From positions 62,001-114,353 of the forward strand of contig JABIHA010000018.1 of NCBI GenBank assembly GCA_018649885.1: a stretch of DNA of 52,353 bases. Reading direction: 5' to 3'. This DNA comes from Bacteriovoracaceae bacterium (GTDB lineage Bacteria > Bdellovibrionota > Bacteriovoracia > Bacteriovoracales > Bacteriovoracaceae). A model generated the notes under the pieces. That model ran no database searches, was not told where the DNA came from, and worked only from the letters and a program-made list of their open reading frames with translations. A program made the position numbers and the translations under genes. How positions within the stretch are numbered: position 1 is the first letter of the stretch; every line of letters begins with the position of its first letter. Below are positions 36,926 through 45,889 of the stretch, piece after piece.

Positions 36926-38959
36926 TTGAATCCATTTTTACAAGAATTTGATACACCTTTTGGTGCGGTGCCTTTTGATAAAATAGAGAATTCCCACTAC
37001 ATGGAGGCTCTTGGGCACTTTATCTTGGGCAGTCACAAGTCCATGGAAGATATCAAGAGTAATGGCGAGGAAGTCACCTTCGAGAATACTATATTGGCAC
37101 TTGAAAATTTAACTGAGCCTATTGAATTTATAGAGCAGGTATTCACCAATATTTATAGTGCAGAGTCTAATGATGAGGTTCGAGAAATTGCAAAAGATTT
37201 CTCTCCCCTTGCTCAGAAATTTACCAATGATATTTTGCTCGATCCAGGTATTTTTGCACGTGTAAAAGAGCTCTATGGAAAACGTAGCGATCTTGGACTA
37301 AGTAGTGAGCAGATGACTCTGCTTAATAAATACTATAAAGATTTTACGAGAGGTGGGGCACTTCTTGATGATGAATCAAAAAAGAGAGTCAAAGATATCG
37401 ATGAGGAGTTGACTAATTTATCTCTTAGTTTTTCTGACAATCTATTGAGTTCAACCAATGAATATTTTCTTGAGATTACTAATGTTAGCGATCTTAAAGG
37501 ATTACCTCAAACTGCTATTGATGCAGCTAAAGAGGAAGCAGTAAAAAAAGAGCTTCCGAACTCATGGGTTATTAATCTTCAGTTTCCTAGCTTTTTTCCC
37601 TTTGTAACTTATGCTGAAAACAGGTCAAAGAGAAAAGAGCTCTATGAAGCCTACGGAAAAAGGGGCTATACCAAAGATAATGACAATAGAGAAAATATAT
37701 TAAAAATTGCAAAACTTAGATCTGAAAGAGCAAAGCTACTCGATTATGAGACACACTCTCACTATGTATTAGATGATCGAATGGCCAAAACGCCTGAGAA
37801 AGTAATGGAGTTTTTAGAATATATTAAAACGAAGGCTTATCCTTTCGCCGACAAGGATTATGAAGAAGTTCAAGAGTTTGCAAAAAAAATGGATGGACTG
37901 TCTAAGCTTGAAGCGTGGGATTATAAATACTATTTCGAAAAATTAAAAAAAGAAAAATTTGATATTGATGATGAAGTACTGAGACCATTTTTTAAACTTG
38001 AAAATGTTGTTAGCGGTGCATTTCAAGTTGCTGAACTTCTCCATGATCTGGAATTTAATGAAGTAAATAATATTCCCAAGTATCATTCAGATGTAAAAAC
38101 TTACGAAGTAGTAAACAAAGATACAGGTGATTTTGTTGGCCTTTTTTACACTGACTTCTTTCCACGTGAAGGTAAGAGATCTGGTGCGTGGATGACGGCC
38201 TATAGAACACAGGGATTAAATAAGGGAAATGTAGAACGACCTCACGTTTCAATTGTTTGTAATTTTACAAAGCCTACAAAAGACAAACCAAGTCTTTTGA
38301 ACTTGAATGAGGTTTTGACACTTTTTCATGAATTTGGTCACGCTCTTCACGGCCTTCTGTCTAATGTGACTTTTCGCTCTCTTGCAAGCCCAAATGTTAA
38401 ATGGGACTTTGTTGAGTTGCCAAGTCAGGTCTTAGAAAATTGGGTGTATGAAAAAGAATGCTTGGATTTATTTGCAAAGCATTTCGAGACGGGTGCACCG
38501 ATTGAAGCTAAGTATGTTGAAAAAATAAAAGAATCGAGCACCTTCCACGAAGGAATGGCCACAATGAGGCAAGTTAGCTTTGCCATGTTAGACATGGCCT
38601 GGCACTTCGATACAGACCCCAACACTATTGATGACGTTGTAAAGTTTGAAAGAAGAGTTATGGATAAGACACGAGTTTTTCCAAGAACTCTCGATAGCAT
38701 GTCCTCAACAGCCTTTGGGCATATTTTCTCTGGTGGATATTCATCAGGATATTATAGTTATAAATGGGCCGAAGTGCTGGATGCAGACGCCTTTGAACAT
38801 TTTAAGACCAATGGCATTTTCAACAAAGAGATCTCCAAAAAATTTCGAGAGTGTATTCTTGAAAAGGGAGGGACAGAGGAGCCAATGAAGCTTTACAAGA
38901 TGTTTAGAGGGAGCGCCCCAGATCCAAGTGCACTTCTTCGTAGGGCCGGATTACTATAG
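36926..38959 (+). CDS. dcp: M3 family metallopeptidase (peptidyl-dipeptidase Dcp / oligopeptidase A type)
   Basis: NPFL, GKRSGAWM, HEFGH, DFVELPSQ..ENW, HIF.GGY.SGYYSY.WAE. Confidence 0.92.
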   Translation: MNPFLQEFDTPFGAVPFDKIENSHYMEALGHFILGSHKSMEDIKSNGEEVTFENTILALENLTEPIEFIEQVFTNIYSAESNDEVREIAKDFSPLAQKFTNDILLDPGIFARVKELYGKRSDLGLSSEQMTLLNKYYKDFTRGGALLDDESKKRVKDIDEELTNLSLSFSDNLLSSTNEYFLEITNVSDLKGLPQTAIDAAKEEAVKKELPNSWVINLQFPSFFPFVTYAENRSKRKELYEAYGKRGYTKDNDNRENILKIAKLRSERAKLLDYETHSHYVLDDRMAKTPEKVMEFLEYIKTKAYPFADKDYEEVQEFAKKMDGLSKLEAWDYKYYFEKLKKEKFDIDDEVLRPFFKLENVVSGAFQVAELLHDLEFNEVNNIPKYHSDVKTYEVVNKDTGDFVGLFYTDFFPREGKRSGAWMTAYRTQGLNKGNVERPHVSIVCNFTKPTKDKPSLLNLNEVLTLFHEFGHALHGLLSNVTFRSLASPNVKWDFVELPSQVLENWVYEKECLDLFAKHFETGAPIEAKYVEKIKESSTFHEGMATMRQVSFAMLDMAWHFDTDPNTIDDVVKFERRVMDKTRVFPRTLDSMSSTAFGHIFSGGYSSGYYSYKWAEVLDADAFEHFKTNGIFNKEISKKFRECILEKGGTEEPMKLYKMFRGSAPDPSALLRRAGLL

Positions 38960-38969
38960 GTTTAATTAG

Positions 38970-40493
38970 GTGTTTGAGAACTATTTTTCAAAGATTCGAA
39001 AAGATCAAAGCTACAGTCTAGGGCTGATATACTTTGCTGCCATTGTGGTTTTATGCCAAATGGCTTGGGTTCCTGGATTTTTTCAAGATGGTCATCTATA
39101 TGCTGGATTTGCAAAAAATGCTGCGCAGTTTGGCCATTGGCTTATTCCCCGCTTAAGTGAAGATACTTATTCGAGATTTCACCAACATCCTCCCTTTATA
39201 TTTGCATTGGGAGGAATATTTTTTAAAATTTTTGGGTCATCTGTAACTGCTGCTAGATTATTTGGGGTTTTATTTAGCCTCCTTAGTGTTTTTTTTATAA
39301 CAAGAGAAGCTAAGAAACAAAATGGGGACTCCCTTGCATTTTATGCAGGTCTTATCTTAATTGCGACACTTCCTTTTATAAAAAAATCTAGATTCCCCAA
39401 TTTAGATACTCCTCTCATGCTTTTTATTCTGCTAAGTATTCTTAGCTACTATAGGGCCTTTGTTAGCGGTAAATCCATTGGATGGATACTTTCTGGGATC
39501 TTTTTCGGGTTTGCTCTTTTATGTAAAGGTCCTCCGGCCTTTGCAATTCCACTAGCTATTTTATTACACCTTGGTCTAACAAAAAATTTGAAAAAACTTA
39601 TTAAACCACTCCCGTGGATTTCACTTGTTTTAGGAATGATGATTTTTTCAATTTGGCCTTTGATGTTAAAGCTCACTGGAAATTTTGATGTATTTGAAAA
39701 ATTTATTACTAATATGTCTTTTAACACCAGGGGAAGGGGAGAGTCAGACAATAATATTTTTGAGTATCTCATTTTTCTCTTTAAATATGCGGCTCCATGG
39801 TTACTTTTAAGTCTTTATGGGATTTTTCTATCCTACAAAAGAAAGGATCACTTCATTCTTTTGATGGGGTCACTTTTTTTGTCAATTTTGATTCCTTTTA
39901 GCTTTATGACATTTAAATTATCTCATTACCTTGTCCCTCTATATCCTGCTATGGCAGTACTTGCGGCTTACCCCATTACCAGCTGGGTAAGTGGAAGACA
40001 GGTCTATATTTATGGCTGCTTAAAAGTGCTCATTGTTATAGGAGCGTTAGTGCTCTTAATTTTTCCACTGACAACAAAAACGAGAAGAGATAAAGAGATT
40101 TTCAAAGTTTTTGAAGTTGTTGAAAAACTAGAAAATCAACCTAACTCATGGGGGATTATCGATTCTTCTTATGATTTTTTCCGATTGGCCAACCTGTTGG
40201 GATTTCACAACTACAACAATGCTTATAAGATCCAAAGAAATGGACTTGAAGCCTTTTTAAAAGGCGAAAAAATGGAGTCTTTTGTTCACCATCATCAGCC
40301 TATTGATTTATCGGGAAGGAAGTGGATATTTCTTATAAATCCTGAGCGGGCAAAGCATTTTTCTATTAATTTTCCAGACATCTATAAAGAAAAGCTAGTG
40401 CCACTGATATATATCAAAAAATACAATTTACTTGTATTAATTGAGCGAAGGCTTATTAATAGAGGTGAGAAAGCACTCTTCACTATAAAATAG
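38970..40493 (+). CDS. ArnT/PMT-family (GT-C) membrane glycosyltransferase
   Basis: QDGHLY, QHPP, AARL, LCKGP; many TMs. Confidence 0.85.
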   Translation: MFENYFSKIRKDQSYSLGLIYFAAIVVLCQMAWVPGFFQDGHLYAGFAKNAAQFGHWLIPRLSEDTYSRFHQHPPFIFALGGIFFKIFGSSVTAARLFGVLFSLLSVFFITREAKKQNGDSLAFYAGLILIATLPFIKKSRFPNLDTPLMLFILLSILSYYRAFVSGKSIGWILSGIFFGFALLCKGPPAFAIPLAILLHLGLTKNLKKLIKPLPWISLVLGMMIFSIWPLMLKLTGNFDVFEKFITNMSFNTRGRGESDNNIFEYLIFLFKYAAPWLLLSLYGIFLSYKRKDHFILLMGSLFLSILIPFSFMTFKLSHYLVPLYPAMAVLAAYPITSWVSGRQVYIYGCLKVLIVIGALVLLIFPLTTKTRRDKEIFKVFEVVEKLENQPNSWGIIDSSYDFFRLANLLGFHNYNNAYKIQRNGLEAFLKGEKMESFVHHHQPIDLSGRKWIFLINPERAKHFSINFPDIYKEKLVPLIYIKKYNLLVLIERRLINRGEKALFTIK

Positions 40494-40517
40494 TCCATTT
40501 CTCTACAAGGAAGTACC

Positions 40518-41336
40518 ATGAACAAAGTAGCATTGATTACTGGAGCCTCTTCGGGAATTGGAGAATCTCTGGCCTATGAGTATGCCCAGAATGGTTTTAA
40601 CTTAATTCTTGCAGCAAGAAGGATCGAAAAACTCAATTCATTAAAAGAAGAAATCGAAAAAAAATATGCAGTGAAGGTATTAGTTGGGAAGTGTGATGTA
40701 GGTACCAGGCCAGATTTAGACAACCTTGTAAAAAGAGGTGTGGAGGAATTTGGGCGAATTGATACAGTCATAGCAAATGCTGGCTTTGGCGTTTTAGGCT
40801 TGTTTGAAAGCTTAACAACAGAAGATTTTAAGAGGCAATTTGATACAAATGTATATGGAGTACTCAACACAATTTATTCATCTCTTGAAGAGCTTAAAAA
40901 GACTAAGGGGAAAATATGTCTCATAGGGAGTACATTTTCTTATATTACCTCTCCAACTTCGAGTGCCTACAGTATGAGTAAATACGCTATTAGGGCGTTG
41001 GCTGAAACTATTTGGGCTGAGTTTATTCCACTTGGAATTTCAGTAACTCTTATTTGCCCGGGGTTTATAAGAACAGAAATAAGGAAAATAAGTAATAGCA
41101 ATGAAGTGACTGTGGGGGCCAAGGACCCTGTTCCTGAGTGGATGATGATGAGCTCTGTTGTGGCCGCTAGGAAGATAAGGAAGGCCGTGGAGAAGAGAAA
41201 GAAACAAAAAATCCTGACAGTTCACAGTGCCCTTGGGATATATGCCGGTAAATATTTTCAATGGTTATTAGATTTCTTTTTTTGGATTGGCGCCAAGTTA
41301 GGCTTAGGAATGCCAGAGGCAGAGTTTAATCAATAA
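40518..41336 (+). CDS. SDR family oxidoreductase
   Basis: TGASSGIG, NAG, YSMSK. Confidence 0.93.
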   Translation: MNKVALITGASSGIGESLAYEYAQNGFNLILAARRIEKLNSLKEEIEKKYAVKVLVGKCDVGTRPDLDNLVKRGVEEFGRIDTVIANAGFGVLGLFESLTTEDFKRQFDTNVYGVLNTIYSSLEELKKTKGKICLIGSTFSYITSPTSSAYSMSKYAIRALAETIWAEFIPLGISVTLICPGFIRTEIRKISNSNEVTVGAKDPVPEWMMMSSVVAARKIRKAVEKRKKQKILTVHSALGIYAGKYFQWLLDFFFWIGAKLGLGMPEAEFNQ

Positions 41337-41553
41337 ATTTTATTTGAATTGATCGTTTTGCCAATTTTATTTGCCCCTATTCCAGAGGCTGATTTTCCAA
41401 GTGTTTAATTTATCGTTTAAAAATAAACAAATTCATTTCCTATGCTAGGAGGTTTCTGGTTATTGGGGGGATCGCCTATAATTTTTCTACGGGATTAGAT
41501 TTAGATTGGATTCTTTTTTATAACCCACAATTTGTAGTTAGGAGGGACGTAGG

Positions 41554-41955
41554 ATGAAAACTTGGGTTCTAGTAATTGGATTATCACTTGTAATGGGATC
41601 ATTACATGCAAAAAAAGTTAAAGCTCTTTATTTAAAAGGGGAGTTGGGTCAGAGGATTGCAAAGTCAAAAGGTGAAAGTGAGTGCGGGAACTACGGCTCA
41701 AGCCTTGCCTCTTATAGTGCAAATAGCAAAGGTGCTTTTAGCGTAAAATGTAAAGATGGTACTGAGGTTGATACGCCTATCACTCATATCAGATACAGAA
41801 AGCTAGGAAGACTTGCTTGTAGAAATAGAAATATGAGATTTGCAGGTCTTAGGTATTCTTTCAATAGCAAGAGTAATTTGGCCGGTCATAAAGTGAAGGT
41901 CTACTGTAGAGAAGGTGCTGAAAGATACAGAAATATTGCATCATTTGATGAATAA
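41554..41955 (+). CDS. Small exported basic hypothetical protein
   Basis: Signal peptide, 4 Cys, GGAGG SD. Confidence 0.75.
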   Translation: MKTWVLVIGLSLVMGSLHAKKVKALYLKGELGQRIAKSKGESECGNYGSSLASYSANSKGAFSVKCKDGTEVDTPITHIRYRKLGRLACRNRNMRFAGLRYSFNSKSNLAGHKVKVYCREGAERYRNIASFDE

Positions 41956-42055
41956 TAAATAACATTAGGCGTTTACCTGACATCTTCTGTATGTCATGTA
42001 AGCGCATTTATTCCCTCCTTGACTCTCCGCATTAAAACTCTGTTAATCTAATATC

Positions 42056-42382
42056 ATGTACAAGATTTTCATATTGGTTTTTTTAACTCTCTCTTTTTCA
42101 AGTCATGCCACTTTTAAGTGTCCTCGGCTGACTAATCATACAAAAGCAATCTGTGATTGTTACAAAACGATGATGGTGTTTTCAGGTGAGCTATTTCTCT
42201 GTGAAAAGGATAGTCAGTGTGCCCCAGTTATTGATGAATGTGGTGGGTGGACAATTATTAATGAGAAGTACTTAACACGTATCGGGCGGGTATGGGATCA
42301 AACGACACTTGAAATAAAAATTGAGAAAAAACCGACTCCTAAATGCTACTTTGGGCGGTGTTCAGCCGGCCCCCGATCGTAA
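42056..42382 (+). CDS. Small exported Cys-rich hypothetical protein
   Basis: Signal peptide (SHA/T), 8 Cys including CEKDSQC. Confidence 0.7.
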   Translation: MYKIFILVFLTLSFSSHATFKCPRLTNHTKAICDCYKTMMVFSGELFLCEKDSQCAPVIDECGGWTIINEKYLTRIGRVWDQTTLEIKIEKKPTPKCYFGRCSAGPRS

Positions 42383-42986
42383 TATATTCCACGATAAATT
42401 CATGAATATCACCCAAGCTTCTTTTTTGGTCTACTAGCACTCCCTGCGAGCCAGCTGACTGGGCTCCCTGTAGATCATGATCGTGGTCTCCAATGACTAC
42501 AAAGCTTTCTGGGTTCATTTGATATTTTTCTGCCAAATAGAAAAGTCCATCAGGTGAAGGCTTGTTATTTTTAACAAGACAATTTCCCACAACATGGTCA
42601 AAGAAAGGGAGAAGTTCAAGGTTTTGCAAAATACTTGTGGCCGAAGGAGTATCTCTTCCAGTCCAAATTGAAATGGGGTATCCCCATTTTTTCAAAATCC
42701 CAACTAGTTCGATCGAACCAACAATTGATTTAATTAAGTGGCCTTGGTTTTTGTTAAAATCAACCAATCTATCAATTGCAATTTTTTGGTCCAACTTTGA
42801 GGAGATATATCCATCAAATAAAGTCTCTGTCGTGCGCGACCTAATCTTTTCTAAATCTTCTTCTTCAAGAGTTATATCAAATGGTTCAACTGCATATTGA
42901 AAGGTTTTTAGAACATGAGAATTAGAGTCAATTAAAGTTCCATCGAGATCAAATATAAAGGCCTTTACATTTTTAATTTTAAACAT
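42339..42986 (-). CDS. HAD-superfamily hydrolase (phosphoglycolate phosphatase-like)
   Basis: FDLDGTL.DS, KPSPD, IGD...D. Confidence 0.9.
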   Translation of the reverse strand: MFKIKNVKAFIFDLDGTLIDSNSHVLKTFQYAVEPFDITLEEEDLEKIRSRTTETLFDGYISSKLDQKIAIDRLVDFNKNQGHLIKSIVGSIELVGILKKWGYPISIWTGRDTPSATSILQNLELLPFFDHVVGNCLVKNNKPSPDGLFYLAEKYQMNPESFVVIGDHDHDLQGAQSAGSQGVLVDQKRSLGDIHEFIVEYITIGGRLNTAQSSI

Positions 42987-43054
42987 TGCACAACTTATGG
43001 TTTAGATTTTTTCTAGCAAATACTCGCGTGTGTACAAGCATCCTATCACAATTA

Positions 43055-43948
43055 CTAATTTAGATCAGGCTTCAGTAGTATGCACATTTCATTTTTTAAA
43101 TCTTCTTTAAAAATTGGAGGGTTATAGCCGATAGATCGAAGTTTACCAATATTTGCAGCTAAATCGGCAGGGCGATAATAACTGGAAATCGAGCCTGCAT
43201 TTCTATGAACTTCTATTAGTGAAAAATCTTTTTTTAAAAATGCGGCAAGGTAGCGCGCTATATCGACTCTCGTCACTCTTTGTTTGCCTGCCACAACAAA
43301 TAGCTCTCCAGGATGTTCTAGGCAAAGTCTTATAACTTTAGCAGCTTCTGTGGCACTTAGGGGACAACGGTACTCACTATCAAGTGCTTTAACGGTTTCA
43401 TTTTTTGATAGCTTATGGAATATATCAGAGAAAAAATTTGCAGACTCACCCTCTGGATGCCCAAACATTAGCGGTAACCTGCAAATTGTAGCGCGTGAGT
43501 AGGCTTCACTAATTTTCACTTCAGCCTCAAGTTTGTGTTTGCCATAAATATTCATTGGGCATGTCTCTGAGCTTTCATTGTAGGGAGCTTTCCTACCATC
43601 ATAGACTTGATCGCTGGAAGTAAATAGTAATGGGATATTCAAGGGACTTGCATATTTTGCTATGGCCTGCGATGCTTGAACATTAATTTGATGGCTCAGA
43701 CTTTCATCTTCTTCGCAAATATATGGCTTGGATAATGCACCGGCGTGGATGATTGCGCTGGGGGAGATTTTGCTTAAGGTCTCTTCAAGATGGGGGATAT
43801 TATTTAAATCAATTTGAACCAATTCACAGTCTAGTGTTTTGGGATGAAAACGATTATAGGTTCCAGTGACTTGATAATCACTTGCAAACTCACGACAAAT
43901 ATAGTGCCCAAGAAATCCTGAAGCTCCAGTAACTAATATTTTTTTCAT
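43055..43948 (-). CDS. RmlD-like NAD(P)-dependent reductase
   Basis: TGASGFLG, SSDQVYDG, YGKHK; ATGA overlap with the upstream gene. Confidence 0.88.
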   Translation of the reverse strand: MKKILVTGASGFLGHYICREFASDYQVTGTYNRFHPKTLDCELVQIDLNNIPHLEETLSKISPSAIIHAGALSKPYICEEDESLSHQINVQASQAIAKYASPLNIPLLFTSSDQVYDGRKAPYNESSETCPMNIYGKHKLEAEVKISEAYSRATICRLPLMFGHPEGESANFFSDIFHKLSKNETVKALDSEYRCPLSATEAAKVIRLCLEHPGELFVVAGKQRVTRVDIARYLAAFLKKDFSLIEVHRNAGSISSYYRPADLAANIGKLRSIGYNPPIFKEDLKNEMCILLKPDLN

Positions 43949-44457
43949 AATTTCGTTTTTACTTTTTTCCATTTTTTGAGTTGCCACTTTGTCTTAACAA
44001 TCGCTACACAATTTCCATCAATGTCGTCGATCTTTGTTTCTCCTAAAAACATTGAAGTGTCACCACCATCTAAGTCATTTTTTAATTGATCAATTTGCTC
44101 TGGTGTCACAACAATAATCCCAACCAGTGACTTTTTCGCCTGGTAAGTATAGTGAGTTTCAAGATGAGCAAGGACTAGGCGGTAGTCGGAAAGGCCAAGA
44201 TTTCTCATTAAAATTACACCCGCACAGAGCTCTCCAAGAGTGGCTATTGCACAAGCATGGATACTATTTACGTGATTAAACGCTTTGCGTCGATGGGGCA
44301 ATTTGATTGAAACCTTGTACTGATCGATGTCTTGAACATCGAAGCCAAGGGGAGAATTAAATGGGATCAAGTACTTAAGACCCTTACTCAACAATTTTTT
44401 TGAAACTGGATTATCATTAAAAAAAAGATGCTCTATTTTTGCAAACCTTTGCAACAT
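43945..44457 (-). CDS. Hotdog-fold thioesterase (DUF4442/PaaI-like)
   Basis: IPFN, NHVNSIHACAIATLGE. Confidence 0.82.
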   Translation of the reverse strand: MLQRFAKIEHLFFNDNPVSKKLLSKGLKYLIPFNSPLGFDVQDIDQYKVSIKLPHRRKAFNHVNSIHACAIATLGELCAGVILMRNLGLSDYRLVLAHLETHYTYQAKKSLVGIIVVTPEQIDQLKNDLDGGDTSMFLGETKIDDIDGNCVAIVKTKWQLKKWKKVKTKL

Positions 44458-44603
44458 ATCTACTCCCCCTCTCTCATTCTTAAAAAACCTAACAATAAAT
44501 ATTCTTGAAGTAAGGATTTAAAAGTAAAAAAAGACAAAAATCACATAACTCATACTGTAAACTGTATCTATTATTTTATTAAAAATCTACAAGGAGAGTA
44601 GAG

Positions 44604-45812
44604 GTGAGTCTTGGAGGAATGTCTATGAGTGCGATGCTTTTTATCTTAATGATTGGCAGTGCATTTGGAAGTACATTTAGTTCTCCCCGTTGGATCACAG
44701 TTGACAAGGATGTCGCGGGCGAATTGATTGAAAGGTTTGGATTAGCACAGAGTTTAACTTCAGCTACTGACGATGTAACAGTTCTAGAAGTTGGAAAAGG
44801 GGATTTAGCAAAAATCTCTCACTTTATGCACAGTGAAAAAAAGAGATGTGGTGGTTATCAAGGCCATTATTCTCAAGAGGAAGCAGTTGAGGCTGCACAC
44901 TCTGAAGATTTAAGGGCACTTTCACAAGTTGCTTTCGATTCATCATTTTTTCTATCTAGTGCATCTAGAGTTGAAACACTACTTAAAGAAGTTAAGGAAA
45001 GCGAGATCACAGACACTATTGTTGAGATGACTGCATTCCATAACAGACACTATCAAGCTCCAACTGGAATTAAGTCTATGGAGTGGTTAAAAAAGAAGTG
45101 GGAGAATCTTGGAAAAGGTAGGGCAGATTATAAGGTTGAATTTTTCAAGCACGCCCGTTTTAATCAACCCTCAGTTATAGCTACTATTAAGGGTTCCCAG
45201 AGCCCTGAAGAAGTTGTGATCATTGGAGGCCATGCCGATTCTATAGGTGGTGGATTTTGGGGACGTCACAAGGCCAAAGCGCCTGGTGCTGATGACAATG
45301 CCTCGGGAATAGCAACTATCACTGAGGCCATGAGAGTATTACTAGCTTCAGATTTTAAGCCAAAAAAATCGATCATGTTTATGGCATATGCGGCTGAGGA
45401 AGTTGGCCTTCTTGGATCAAAAGATATTGCTGCTGAATTTGCTAGGAAAAAACAAAAAGTTGTCAGTGTTATTCAGTATGACATGGTCAATTACAAAGGT
45501 GGCGATAAGAGTATTTATCTGGCTACGGACTACTCAAATGCAGACCTAAGAACTTTTATGGGCAAGCTTATTGAAACCTATGTGAAAGTTCCATGGGGAT
45601 ATATGAAGTGTGGTTATGGATGTTCTGATCATGCCTCTTGGACCAATAAGGGCTTCCCGGCGATGATGGCAACAGAGTCTACTTTCAATGCCATGAATAA
45701 GGCGATCCACTCTTCAAGGGATACTTTGAGTGCAAGTGGAGGTGACTCAAAACACGCCGTGAATTTTGCAAAGCTTGCGCTGGCATACTTGATAGAAAGT
45801 GCAAAAGAGTGA
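44604..45812 (+). CDS. Secreted M28 leucyl aminopeptidase
   Basis: GGHADS, GADDNASG, AAEEVGL, YDM, CSDHASW; signal and propeptide. Confidence 0.92.
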   Translation: MSLGGMSMSAMLFILMIGSAFGSTFSSPRWITVDKDVAGELIERFGLAQSLTSATDDVTVLEVGKGDLAKISHFMHSEKKRCGGYQGHYSQEEAVEAAHSEDLRALSQVAFDSSFFLSSASRVETLLKEVKESEITDTIVEMTAFHNRHYQAPTGIKSMEWLKKKWENLGKGRADYKVEFFKHARFNQPSVIATIKGSQSPEEVVIIGGHADSIGGGFWGRHKAKAPGADDNASGIATITEAMRVLLASDFKPKKSIMFMAYAAEEVGLLGSKDIAAEFARKKQKVVSVIQYDMVNYKGGDKSIYLATDYSNADLRTFMGKLIETYVKVPWGYMKCGYGCSDHASWTNKGFPAMMATESTFNAMNKAIHSSRDTLSASGGDSKHAVNFAKLALAYLIESAKE

Positions 45813-45843
45813 CGAATTAAAGTTTAGAGTGCATAATATAAGG

Positions 45844-45872
45844 AAAAGCTCCTCTTTTTGAGGAGCTTTTTT
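45844..45872 (+). terminator. Intrinsic terminator
   Basis: AAAAGCTCCTC-TTTTT-GAGGAGCTTTTTT. Confidence 0.85.
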
Positions 45873-45889
45873 GTTAAACAGGAACTGTA

